The notes under the pieces were generated by a model, which saw only the letters and a program-made list of their open reading frames with translations, had not been told where the DNA came from and did no database searches. Source: a virus (lineage: Duplodnaviria > Caudoviricetes). From it: a stretch of DNA of 64,000 bases. This document shows, piece after piece, positions 27,704-38,100 of this stretch. The translations under genes and the position numbers were made by a program. The stretch is taken from positions 1,789 to 65,788 of the IMG/VR virus record IMGVR_UViG_3300010160_000047; one strand, written 5' to 3'. The stretch's first letter is position 1. Each line of letters starts with the position of its first letter.

Positions 27704-30700
27704 GTGATAGAAGTTAGAGATTTTCGTGGTAAAATAAATCAAGATGATAATGCCTACAAAGTTCAAAAAGGGGATTATTTAGATGCATTAAACATAACTA
27801 GAGATGCTCAAGGTAATGGGCAAGACCAAGTAGTTTCAACAGTAGTAGGAAATCAAAGTATTCCTACATTAAGTGCAACCGATGGAAGTGATACTATAGG
27901 CACTACTACTACCACTACAATTTTTTTTTCAGGGTCGGTATTGCCTTTAACTAATATTTTAATTAATCTTTTTGATGGCACTACTTATACAACAGCATCT
28001 TTTTATACTACATATGGACATAGTAGTATTCCAACAATAACAGCTGCTTTATTAGCAAATGGTAATGTATTAGTTGGTACTTATACTGCTACCGATACAA
28101 CATTTTCTATAACTTTTGATAATACAATATATCTAAGTATTAGTTATACTATTACTAATGGTATGCTAGGGACAAATAAAGTTATTGGCAATTATGCCGA
28201 TAAAGTAAGAAATAGACAATATTTTTTTACTTGGAATAGTAGCGGATATAATACTATAAATTATTATGATGCTAATACTAATTCCATAATAAATTTAATA
28301 ACAGATTCTACTTTAATAGATACCGGAGGTTTAACTATTTTAAATTTTAATCCATCTTTTAGAATTAATCATATAGATATTGTTTATAGAGATGAAGATG
28401 GTGATCTTTTATTTTGGACAGATGGATTTAATCCTCCTTCTAAAATAAATGTAAAGACAGCAGAAACAGGAGGATATGGTGTTGTATTAAGAAGTTATAT
28501 TGATGTAGCCAAAGAACCGCCAACAGATCCACCATATTGTGTATATCAAGATAATGCTAGTGTTACTATAAACAATTTAAACAATAGATTATTTAAATTT
28601 AAGTATAGATATGTTTATGATGATTTAGAAAAAAGTGTAACTAGCGCACAAAGCGAAGTTGCTATTCCTAAAGAATATGTTAATCAATCTGTAATATCTA
28701 ATCCAACTAAAAATTCAAGCATATTAATTGCAGTTAAAACAGGGTTGCCTAATGTAATTAAAATTGAAATTTTAGGATCAGAATCTTTAGGAGAATCATG
28801 GTCAGATTTTTTTCTAATAAAAGTCATAGATAATTCATTTGGATTCCCTTCAGCTCAATTTAATTTTTTAAATGAACAGGCGTATTCTCCAATTCCATTA
28901 AATGAAAGTATTCAGCCATTTGATAATGTACCTCAAAAAGCATATACGCAATCGTTACCTAATGGTAATGTTTTAGATTATGGAGCAATAACAGAAAACT
29001 ATAATTTAATAACACCAGATTATTTAACTACTATTGATACGAATGTAAAATTATCAAGCTATTTAAATCAAACGGCAGAAATACTTTTATATAAAATTGA
29101 AAATCCAAATTCAATTCAAATAGTAATAGCAGGAAATCCTAATATTGGGGATTTATTTAATTTAAATTATATTTATGATACAATTCCTACAAGTACATCA
29201 ATAATTGCAACAGGAATCACAACGGCCTCTTTAGTAACAGATATAGAAAATCAATTTATTGCTTTAGGTTATACTATTCAAATAAGTGGACTTAATTCTT
29301 TAATTATAAGCGATTCTCCACATATATTAGATACTTATTTGCCTACAGGAGTATTTCCGGTAGCATTATTTGATAACAAAAATTCTAGTCTTGTATATGA
29401 TTGGGCATCTAGATATTCTTATGGAGTAGTTTATTTTGATGATAAAGGAAGAACAAATAGTGTTATAACATCTATACCTAGTTCATTTGAAACTCAACAA
29501 TATGATGAATTAGCACCTCCATCTAATCCATTAGAGATTTATATTCCACAGCAAATACTTGAAATAAATAGTGCGCCCCCTAGTTGGGCATCATATTTTG
29601 AATTAGTACGAACAAAAAATCTTACTAAAGGTAATTTTTTATATTGGGTTAGTGAAAGGACTCTTAAAGATTCATCTCCAAATTCTGCTGGATATCAATA
29701 TGCGTATATTTCTATAGGCAACTTAACTCAATATATTGTAGATAATCCTGAAATAAAAACATTAGGATATGAATTTGTAGCAGGCGATAGAATTAGATTT
29801 ATAAAATTATATGATTCATCTTTTGTAACTGCTCAAATATATACAAACCATGATTTTGAAATAGTAAATAGTGTTACTAATCCTGTTATCAATGGAATTA
29901 CCATTATTGGACAAGTAATAAAAATACTTTTACCTACAACAGTAGTTGGTATTTTTGATTTTGGCACAATTCAGTTTAATAATTATTTAATTGAATTATA
30001 TACACCTGCTCCTAATTTTTCAGATAACCTTAATCTTTATTATGAATTTGGAGAAAAATATGCAATAAATGGATTTAATACACCCCAACCATATCATAAT
30101 GGAATGATACAAAATCAAACTATTTCTCAACCAGCTATTTTTAAATTATATAAAGGAGATAGTTATTTTAGATTTAGAACAATGCCAACAGGAGGTGAAA
30201 TTAAATTTTCTATGGGTACTGGTCATATAGACTTTCAAAGTAATCTTGGGGGTACGGTAATATCAAATACCAATAACAATGCTTTATATACAGGTCAAAA
30301 TTTTACAGGGCGTAGTGGAGGAATCTCATTAGCAGGTGAAATGCCTATTACTTATAATTCCGTAACTCCTCCTAAGATTAGAATAAAAGGATTTCTAACA
30401 TATGCATCAGATGCAAATTCTTTTCAAGGAAATATTATTTTAAATGCCTATTTAATAGGTGGATTTTCCTTTAATTTTCTTGGAAATTTACCTACTACAC
30501 CGCCATTACCTCCATTAACCGCAAATCAAGACAAAACGGTTTTATTTGATTATGTAATTCAGTTGCCATCAGGATATGATGGATTACGATGGGATGTAGA
30601 ACAACAAGCAGGGACAATCAAAAAATTTGAAATTACAATAACAGATCCATATGCCATAAACCAAGGTATAATAGATCCCAATTTTTCTGATACTTATGAT

Positions 30701-31855
30701 AGTGCTGCATCTCCTAATGGGAGAGCTTGGAAGTTTGATCCAAATGCAGGACAAGCATTTAATCCTACATTAATAAGATTTGGAGGTGAATTATATGCAA
30801 ATACAACAGTAAACAATATTAATAGATTTTATGAGCAAGATAATGATCAATATGATAGAAGCAGAGGCTCAATTAAAAAGATGTTTATTGAAGGAAGAAA
30901 TCAATTTATATTCCAAGAGTTTGATGTAGGTGTAGTAACTGTATTAACACAGATTGTAAAAGACACATCAGGTAATCCTCTTTCTGCTCAAAGTGATACT
31001 TTGCTTAATAAAATAGTGTATCCATATGCAGGACAATATGGTATTGGTAATGTTCCAGAATCATTTGCTTATGGTAAAAGAGCAAAGTATTTTGTAGACA
31101 ATAATAAAGGTGTAGTATGTAGATTAAGTGCAGATGGAATAACTCCACTTTCTATTCTTTATAAAATGAATGCTTTTTTTGTAGCTAAATTAGCTGGATT
31201 TAAAGATAATTTAAACACTACAATACCTGCATCTGGAACTCCTACAGTTTATGGAGCATTTGATGCTTATACAAATAAATACATCATATCACTTTCTGAA
31301 ATAGATAGAGATGATTTGTTTCAAGACCCATATACTTTAGCATTTTTAGAAACAAGAGATGCCTCAGAAGGGTTTGAATCTTTTCTTTCTTTTCATCCAG
31401 AAAATATGGGAGCATTAAATAATTTGTTTATTACATTTAATGCAGGTGGTACTTGGACACATAATAACAATACCTATTGTAATTTTTATACGATTCAATA
31501 TAATTCTTATATAGATGGAGTATTTAATGATAATGCAATAGATAAAAAATCATTTTTGGCTATTATGCAGACCTCAAATGCCGTATGGTATTGTCCATCT
31601 ATTAAATCTCAAGTAAATACTTATGGATCAACTTCACAAGAAACAGAAATAAATGCAGCAAGATTTGTTTTGCAAGAAGGACAATATAACTCAGCAATAT
31701 TAAGAGATAAAAATAGTCCAGGTGGTTTAATTAATGGACAAACTATGAAAGGCAATTACCTAATAGTTAGATTCCAAAAAGACAATGCTAGTAATTTTTA
31801 TTATATTAATACAGTATCTTTGAAATACAATAATTCACCCTTAAACACAAGATAA
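27704..31855 (+). CDS. tail nozzle / stabilisation protein (P22 gp10-like)
   Basis: GDYLDALNI, LLFWTDGFNPPSKIN, FKYRYVYDD, YGIGNVPESFA, MKGNYL beta-propeller-type motifs. Confidence 0.8.
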   Translation: MIEVRDFRGKINQDDNAYKVQKGDYLDALNITRDAQGNGQDQVVSTVVGNQSIPTLSATDGSDTIGTTTTTTIFFSGSVLPLTNILINLFDGTTYTTASFYTTYGHSSIPTITAALLANGNVLVGTYTATDTTFSITFDNTIYLSISYTITNGMLGTNKVIGNYADKVRNRQYFFTWNSSGYNTINYYDANTNSIINLITDSTLIDTGGLTILNFNPSFRINHIDIVYRDEDGDLLFWTDGFNPPSKINVKTAETGGYGVVLRSYIDVAKEPPTDPPYCVYQDNASVTINNLNNRLFKFKYRYVYDDLEKSVTSAQSEVAIPKEYVNQSVISNPTKNSSILIAVKTGLPNVIKIEILGSESLGESWSDFFLIKVIDNSFGFPSAQFNFLNEQAYSPIPLNESIQPFDNVPQKAYTQSLPNGNVLDYGAITENYNLITPDYLTTIDTNVKLSSYLNQTAEILLYKIENPNSIQIVIAGNPNIGDLFNLNYIYDTIPTSTSIIATGITTASLVTDIENQFIALGYTIQISGLNSLIISDSPHILDTYLPTGVFPVALFDNKNSSLVYDWASRYSYGVVYFDDKGRTNSVITSIPSSFETQQYDELAPPSNPLEIYIPQQILEINSAPPSWASYFELVRTKNLTKGNFLYWVSERTLKDSSPNSAGYQYAYISIGNLTQYIVDNPEIKTLGYEFVAGDRIRFIKLYDSSFVTAQIYTNHDFEIVNSVTNPVINGITIIGQVIKILLPTTVVGIFDFGTIQFNNYLIELYTPAPNFSDNLNLYYEFGEKYAINGFNTPQPYHNGMIQNQTISQPAIFKLYKGDSYFRFRTMPTGGEIKFSMGTGHIDFQSNLGGTVISNTNNNALYTGQNFTGRSGGISLAGEMPITYNSVTPPKIRIKGFLTYASDANSFQGNIILNAYLIGGFSFNFLGNLPTTPPLPPLTANQDKTVLFDYVIQLPSGYDGLRWDVEQQAGTIKKFEITITDPYAINQGIIDPNFSDTYDSAASPNGRAWKFDPNAGQAFNPTLIRFGGELYANTTVNNINRFYEQDNDQYDRSRGSIKKMFIEGRNQFIFQEFDVGVVTVLTQIVKDTSGNPLSAQSDTLLNKIVYPYAGQYGIGNVPESFAYGKRAKYFVDNNKGVVCRLSADGITPLSILYKMNAFFVAKLAGFKDNLNTTIPASGTPTVYGAFDAYTNKYIISLSEIDRDDLFQDPYTLAFLETRDASEGFESFLSFHPENMGALNNLFITFNAGGTWTHNNNTYCNFYTIQYNSYIDGVFNDNAIDKKSFLAIMQTSNAVWYCPSIKSQVNTYGSTSQETEINAARFVLQEGQYNSAILRDKNSPGGLINGQTMKGNYLIVRFQKDNASNFYYINTVSLKYNNSPLNTR

Positions 31856-31856
31856 A

Positions 31857-32120
31857 ATGGCTGTTGCTTTTACTATAACATTGGTATCTCCATATATCTT
31901 AATTCATACAACCTCAAGTATAAATCAATTGATTCCGTCTAATAGCATACCTCAATGGGGTATTGTAGATCAAATTAATGGCGGTACAACTAATTGTGTA
32001 GTAGGTGATATTATTTGTTTTAATTCAACTGGAATAGCTTTTATGCAATATCAACCAACAGGTGATATTTATGCAATTATAGATGAAACAAAAATATTTT
32101 TTACAGAACCAATATTATAA
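31857..32120 (+). CDS. divergent GroES-like protein
   Basis: WGIVDQINGG...VVGDIICF...YAIIDETKIF parallels the GroES pattern GxVVAVG..VKVGDxVLF..YLIxxExDIL. Confidence 0.55.
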   Translation: MAVAFTITLVSPYILIHTTSSINQLIPSNSIPQWGIVDQINGGTTNCVVGDIICFNSTGIAFMQYQPTGDIYAIIDETKIFFTEPIL

Positions 32121-32561
32121 ATGGTAACAATAAAAAAAATAAGTGTAAATGAATTGCCGAAATTGATTTCTTTAGTTTATGAAGGAGATAATGATTTATT
32201 TAAAAATTTACCCGGAATGCGGTCTAATTATATGACTAAAGTAAATGGTGAATTATTGAATATTTATCAAATGGCAGAAAATAGAAGATTGTGTTATTAT
32301 AAAGTAATTTATCAAAAAAAACCTATTGGTTATTTTGTTATTTTTGAAAATACATTATATTCATTTGGAATAAATATCAAGTATAGAAAAAAAGATATAT
32401 TACTAAGTTGGTGGCAACAATTAAAAAAGACTTTAAAAAAAGGGTTCAATTGTTATTTAGATGAACAAAACGAAAGGGCAATAAGTTTTTTAGAAAAAAA
32501 CAATATGAAAGTTGTAGAAAAAGATGAAGAGCATAAAATAGTAACTTTGATTAATTGTTAG
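32121..32561 (+). CDS. GNAT-family acetyltransferase-like protein
   Basis: KPIGYFV, SFGINIKYRK, NERAISFLEKNNM. Position between nozzle and ejection genes. Confidence 0.75.
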   Translation: MVTIKKISVNELPKLISLVYEGDNDLFKNLPGMRSNYMTKVNGELLNIYQMAENRRLCYYKVIYQKKPIGYFVIFENTLYSFGINIKYRKKDILLSWWQQLKKTLKKGFNCYLDEQNERAISFLEKNNMKVVEKDEEHKIVTLINC

Positions 32562-33034
32562 ATATGGATGAGATAATTGAAAATAAAACTAAGAATGAAA
32601 GAATTGATGAATTAGAGGCCACTATGGTTGAAAATTTTCCTTTAATAAATTGTCCATTAAATCATAGATTTACAGAGGGGATGTATGTAAGAGAAATATT
32701 TATGCCAGCAGGTTCTTTGATTACAAGCAAAATACATAAAACACAGCACCAATATTTTATATTAAAAGGTGCTGTATCGGTATGGATTGATGAAGGAGAA
32801 GAGGCTTATTTAGAAGCTCCATATATTGGAATTACAGAACCAGGGACAAGGAGAGTTCTTTATGTTTGGGATGATTGCATTTGGGCTACTTCTCATCCAA
32901 ATCCTGACAATGAAAATTTGGAACAAATAGAAGAAAGAATAATAGAAAAACATGACAATACTTTATTACCGCAAGAAGTAAAAGATAAATTAAAAGAATT
33001 ACTATTGTTAAACAATAAAACTATAAACATATGA
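32555..33034 (+). CDS. cupin-like phage protein
   Basis: HRFTEGMYVREIFMPAG..SKIHKTQH...LKG..PGTRR. Confidence 0.75.
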   Translation: MLDMDEIIENKTKNERIDELEATMVENFPLINCPLNHRFTEGMYVREIFMPAGSLITSKIHKTQHQYFILKGAVSVWIDEGEEAYLEAPYIGITEPGTRRVLYVWDDCIWATSHPNPDNENLEQIEERIIEKHDNTLLPQEVKDKLKELLLLNNKTINI

Positions 33035-33609
33035 CATGGTTAGCAGTCGGTGCAGGTGTAGGAGCAGCTACAGGTTTAGGCCAAATTATATTTTCAGGAA
33101 AAAAGAAAAAAGAAAAGGCATTGGAAGCTCAAGCCGCTAATGCTCCAAAATATGGAGGAGATCAAGGTATTTCTGAATATTACCAACAATCAAAAGAAAA
33201 AGCTAATACTGCTGCACAGCAAAGTGCTTTATTCAAACAAGGCCAACAATTGCAGCAACGTAATTTAGCATCTGGATTAGCAGGTAGTAATATAGCTAAA
33301 GGAGGGCAAGGTTTAGTATCTAATTTAGTGCAAGGAGCTAATGATGCCTCTATGAGAAACTTAGTAGGTGCAGAGGCTCAAAAAGAAAGAAGATTTGGTC
33401 AATTGGGACAAGCTACTCAAATGAAATCTGCTGATGAAATGAGAAAATTTCAAATTAATCAGCAACAACCTTGGGAAACAAAATATAATTTATTGGCAGC
33501 AAAAGCAGCAAAAGCAGCTGAACAACAACAAGCAGGATTTGCTAATATAAGTGGAGCAGCAACCGGAGCGATTACAGGTGGGGCAGCAAAATACAATAGC
33601 ACATCATAA
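33031..33609 (+). CDS. internal virion / ejection protein (small)
   Basis: Gly/Ala-rich hydrophobic termini (WLAVGAGVGAATGLG; ISGAATGAITGG) with a Q/A coiled coil. Confidence 0.7.
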   Translation: MTWLAVGAGVGAATGLGQIIFSGKKKKEKALEAQAANAPKYGGDQGISEYYQQSKEKANTAAQQSALFKQGQQLQQRNLASGLAGSNIAKGGQGLVSNLVQGANDASMRNLVGAEAQKERRFGQLGQATQMKSADEMRKFQINQQQPWETKYNLLAAKAAKAAEQQQAGFANISGAATGAITGGAAKYNSTS

Positions 33610-33620
33610 AATAATAAACA

Positions 33621-35099
33621 ATGATAAACAATCCGGCAAGTCTTTATGGAGGAGGTGCTTTTAAAGTAGATTCCACAGCAGCAGTAAATTATTATTTAAA
33701 AAGACAAGCACAAGATCAAGCTAAAGAAGCAACATTAGATAAGTACTTTACTCATCTAATGGATAAGGCATCTCCTACAGGAATGAGAGTTGATAAAGAA
33801 GGAGAAGCATTTCAGCAATCATTAAATAATGCTAAGAATTATTACATACAAAACAAAAAAGCAATTTTAGGTGGGGATGTTACAGCACAACAAAAATATA
33901 TAGAATTAACAAACCAACCATTCCAAATAGTTGCAGCAAGTAAAGAGGCTTTAAATACCGCTAAAACTGCTTTGCAAATACGAAAAACAATTCAAGGACA
34001 AGGAGAAGATAGATGGACAGATCAAACTACTGGTATTGATGCAGAATCAGGATTACCAAAATTAGATGATAATGGTAATTATATGGGTTTAGTTGCCCAT
34101 GACCAAAAAATGTATGATATAAATCCAGACGGCTCAGTAACACAGAATCCAAAATTTAAATTGTTTGATATTAATTCAATACAAACAAATCCTAAATTAT
34201 TAAACGTAAAAGAATTACAAGATTATACAGATAATTCTTTAACTTCTTTTCAACCTGAAGATATAAGTTCGGGTATAATGAAAGACCCTAATAGAAAGGG
34301 ATATGAAATACCAATAATTGAAAAGGGGTTTAAAAAAGAAACTTTAGCAAAAATAGGGGAAACAGTTAAAACAATATCAGAAGACCCATCAATGAAGGCT
34401 ACAATTAATAAATTGTATCCATATAAAACGTGGCCTTTGCAACATCAAGTTGAATTTGATGCACTTAATAAATTACATAATGATTTATATGGTACTGATA
34501 TAAAAAATGGAATTGATTTATATGCTACTATGCAAGTTCAACCAAGAATGGTTACTAGAAAAGACTTAGGCACATCTAAATTAAGTGATGATGCAACAAG
34601 AGCTAGAGATCTTGAAGATAAAAAGAGGTATTTTAATTATACAAAAAATACTGATCCAACAGTAATGGCTAATGCGGATCAAGTAGAACTTGGATTTGAA
34701 AGAATTACGCCGGGTACATATGGTAATGTAAAAATTGAAGGCGGTGTAGTTAAAAATTTAGATGGTACTCCATATACTAGTCCGGGTGGACAACCTTCAG
34801 TAGATATTCCGTTAGGTGCTTTGTCAACAGAAATCATTGATGAATTCCCAACAGGAACAAAAGTAAAAAGTATTGCTGGTATTAAAGCGATAGTAGAAAA
34901 TGGTAAAATAAAATTTGCTGCTATAAAAGGTAGAGTATCTGGAAAAGATTATGGTACTATAAATAGAACTGTACTTTACAACAAAGAATTCTCAAAAAAT
35001 GCAGTTCCTGTTCCTATAAAAACCGTAACTTCAACTCCGAAAACACCAGCTGCAAAAACAGGTGGAGTAGTAATCCCAGGAATGAATAAAACACCATAA
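33621..35099 (+). CDS. internal virion / ejection protein (medium)
   Basis: Second of the small-medium-giant triplet typical of podovirus ejectosomes. Confidence 0.6.
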   Translation: MINNPASLYGGGAFKVDSTAAVNYYLKRQAQDQAKEATLDKYFTHLMDKASPTGMRVDKEGEAFQQSLNNAKNYYIQNKKAILGGDVTAQQKYIELTNQPFQIVAASKEALNTAKTALQIRKTIQGQGEDRWTDQTTGIDAESGLPKLDDNGNYMGLVAHDQKMYDINPDGSVTQNPKFKLFDINSIQTNPKLLNVKELQDYTDNSLTSFQPEDISSGIMKDPNRKGYEIPIIEKGFKKETLAKIGETVKTISEDPSMKATINKLYPYKTWPLQHQVEFDALNKLHNDLYGTDIKNGIDLYATMQVQPRMVTRKDLGTSKLSDDATRARDLEDKKRYFNYTKNTDPTVMANADQVELGFERITPGTYGNVKIEGGVVKNLDGTPYTSPGGQPSVDIPLGALSTEIIDEFPTGTKVKSIAGIKAIVENGKIKFAAIKGRVSGKDYGTINRTVLYNKEFSKNAVPVPIKTVTSTPKTPAAKTGGVVIPGMNKTP

Positions 35100-35111
35100 A
35101 AAGTATAAAAA

Positions 35112-38100
35112 ATGGATATGAATACTATTGAAGATACTAATGCAGAAGTAGAAAATTCAATAAATGAACCTATATATAAATCCAAAGATGGGCAGATAAT
35201 TACACACTCACAATTACTTAGTTCTGGATATAAAGTAAACGATATAAACGCAGGAGTTACAGATAAAACCTTATCTCTAATAGGTGATACTAAAGATGAA
35301 GATCAAGAATTCCAATCTAAAGATGGACAAAAAGTTAATACTAAAACTTTATTAAGTTCTGGATATTCTCAAAAAGATATAGACGGTGGAATATTAGATG
35401 GTATCTTAACTCCCATTGAAAAAAAAAATCAAGTCCAACCATCCGAACCAGATATTCCTATCGTGGATATATCACAAGTGGATTCAAGTGGCTCACAGGA
35501 TGGCGCATCAAATGTTATAACACCCACACCAACAGAAACTCAAGCACCAATTGATGCTAGTGGTAGAATAATCTTTGACCAAAAAGAACCATCACAACCA
35601 AAAGTAGCAGCACCAAATGAACCTGCACCTGCAAATTCAATTGATTTAATTTTACAAGCCAATGATAATTTAAATAAGAAAGTAGGCAAAATAAAAGATC
35701 AAGCAGGAAGAGAGCGTGAAATAGACCAACCAGATTTAAAAGCACAAGATGAAGGCAAAAAAACATTAGACTATCTTAAAACATTTAAGATAGATACAGA
35801 TGATTTGTACAATAAAATAAAAGACTTACCTCCAGAAATATACAATGCTACTTTAGCAAAACAAGATGGCACAATAGATTATCCTTATAGCAAAGAAAAG
35901 CTATTTGAGATGTATCAAAACGAACCTGCAAAATTTACATTTACAGTTAACCACCTAAAAAATATGGCTGATATAATTAAGGGTGCAAAAGGAGCAACTA
36001 TAGATGGACAGCCTGTAGATAAAAGTTATTTTGGCAAATTGTATAATAATTTAAATCAATCAACAACACATAAGGGGTGGTTAAATAATAAAGAACAACA
36101 AATAGAATTAATCAATAAGTATCTTCCTTCATTAGATTCTAGAAGAGTTGCATTAGATAGATTAGAAACTAATGCATCTATGTATTACACTCCTGCTAAT
36201 CCAAATGTAATAGCTGATTACAATGCATCACCTTTAAAAGATAAATTAGACCCTGCTCAATTCGCTGCATTGCAAATGCAAAAAATGTTTAATCCTAAAG
36301 CATATCAACAAGCAATTGGATTTTTAGATGTAAAGCCTCAAACAGAAACAGCAGTAACACTAGGCGTTAGTTTTACTCCAGATGGTTTCGTATTAAATCA
36401 ACCAAAAGATACAGAAACTCAAGAATCAATAAATTTAAAAGTAGGTAAAGAAACTACTCTTAAAAATTTAGCTGATGCAGGTAGATATAATACCATAATG
36501 AATTTGCAATATAAAAACGAAAAAATTGCATCTCAATTAAAACAATTTCCTACTGATCAATATTCGGAATTAGTAAATAAATACAATACTAGTGCTGATG
36601 AACTCAAAAAAATATCAGCACAAAATGAAGAATTAAAAAATAATATAGAAGAAAACTTAGGAAAATATAAAACGCCGTATATACAGCAGTATAATGCTAA
36701 TATACAAAAGGCTAATTCTATTTCTCAAGAAATGAATAGCATTTCCGAGCAGTTTAAACAAATGCCTCAAGATAATCGTGGACAATTAATTGGACAATTT
36801 AATGACAATTTAGCCAAGATAAATGCTGTCAAAGATGATTATAAAAAAGATGCAGATAAATATCCTAATTATTTTAATTTAAAATACGAACAACAAGTTA
36901 AAGATTTTATGCAACAAACCGGATTTAATGCTGTTCAGTATGGCATAATGAAATTTGGTATGGGATTAATTAAAACTGGAAGGTCAATAGAAAACGTAAG
37001 TATTAGTTTATTTGGAAATAATGAAGATAAAATAATTCATGACTTAGCTAGTTATGGAGAATCTCAAGTAGAAGCACAAGATGAATATTTACCAAGCAAA
37101 TATCAATCTGGTAACAATTTAGTTTCTATAAAAGTTAGTGATGATTTAAAATCAAAATTAGATGCAGTAATTAGAGGCAGAGATTTATCAGATTTAAATA
37201 TAGGTGATAAAGATTTTTTGAAAAACATTTTATCACAAAATCAAGATCAAGTACATACAATTACAGATACAGATAAAAATGGTAAAGGAGCTAACTTTTG
37301 GAGCTACTCTACATTGTATGCTAATACCGGTATGTTGGGAGATATTATGTCATTTGTTGTACAAGCTGGAGTATTAACTGCATTAGGTGTTCCAGAATTA
37401 GCAGCATCTGCAATACCTCTATGGACTACTACACAAGATGATTTTAGAAAAGAAGGTATAGCTAAAGGATTAACTGGATCAGAATTGGATGGATATGCTA
37501 ATTTGAATGCTACCATTATGTTTTTGGCTGGTATGGTTACTCCTAAATTAGTAGTATTAAAAAAATTAGCAGGAATAGGATCGGCAGAAAGTAAAATGTT
37601 AGCAGGTATAACTGAAGATACATGGAATACAGTAGTAAATAAAAATAGACCAATAATAGATAGAATTAAAAATTCTGTACTTGCTACTACTAAAGAAGCG
37701 GCTAAAATGACTGGAACTTTTGGTATAGCTGCTCCTGCATTACAACAAATAGTTGGCAAAGAAATGTATGGCGATAGAGTAAGTTATGGTGATATCAAAA
37801 ATAATGTAATGGAATCGGCAGAACATTTATTAAAAAGTTCTGCGGCATTATTAGCCGTTGGTGCAATTACAAATTTCAAATCAACATCTCCAGAACAAAA
37901 AGCGGCATTGTGGCAATTAGGTGCTAATCCAAAAATTAGATTAGCTGAAATAGAAGATGCATTAAAGAATGGTGAAATAAATTCAACACAAGCAGATGCA
38001 AGAAAAAAAGTAATCCAAGATGCATCAAATATCATTCAAACAATGCCCACTAAAAATATGCAGGGCAAACCTTTGACAGATAAACAAAGAGTAGATTACT

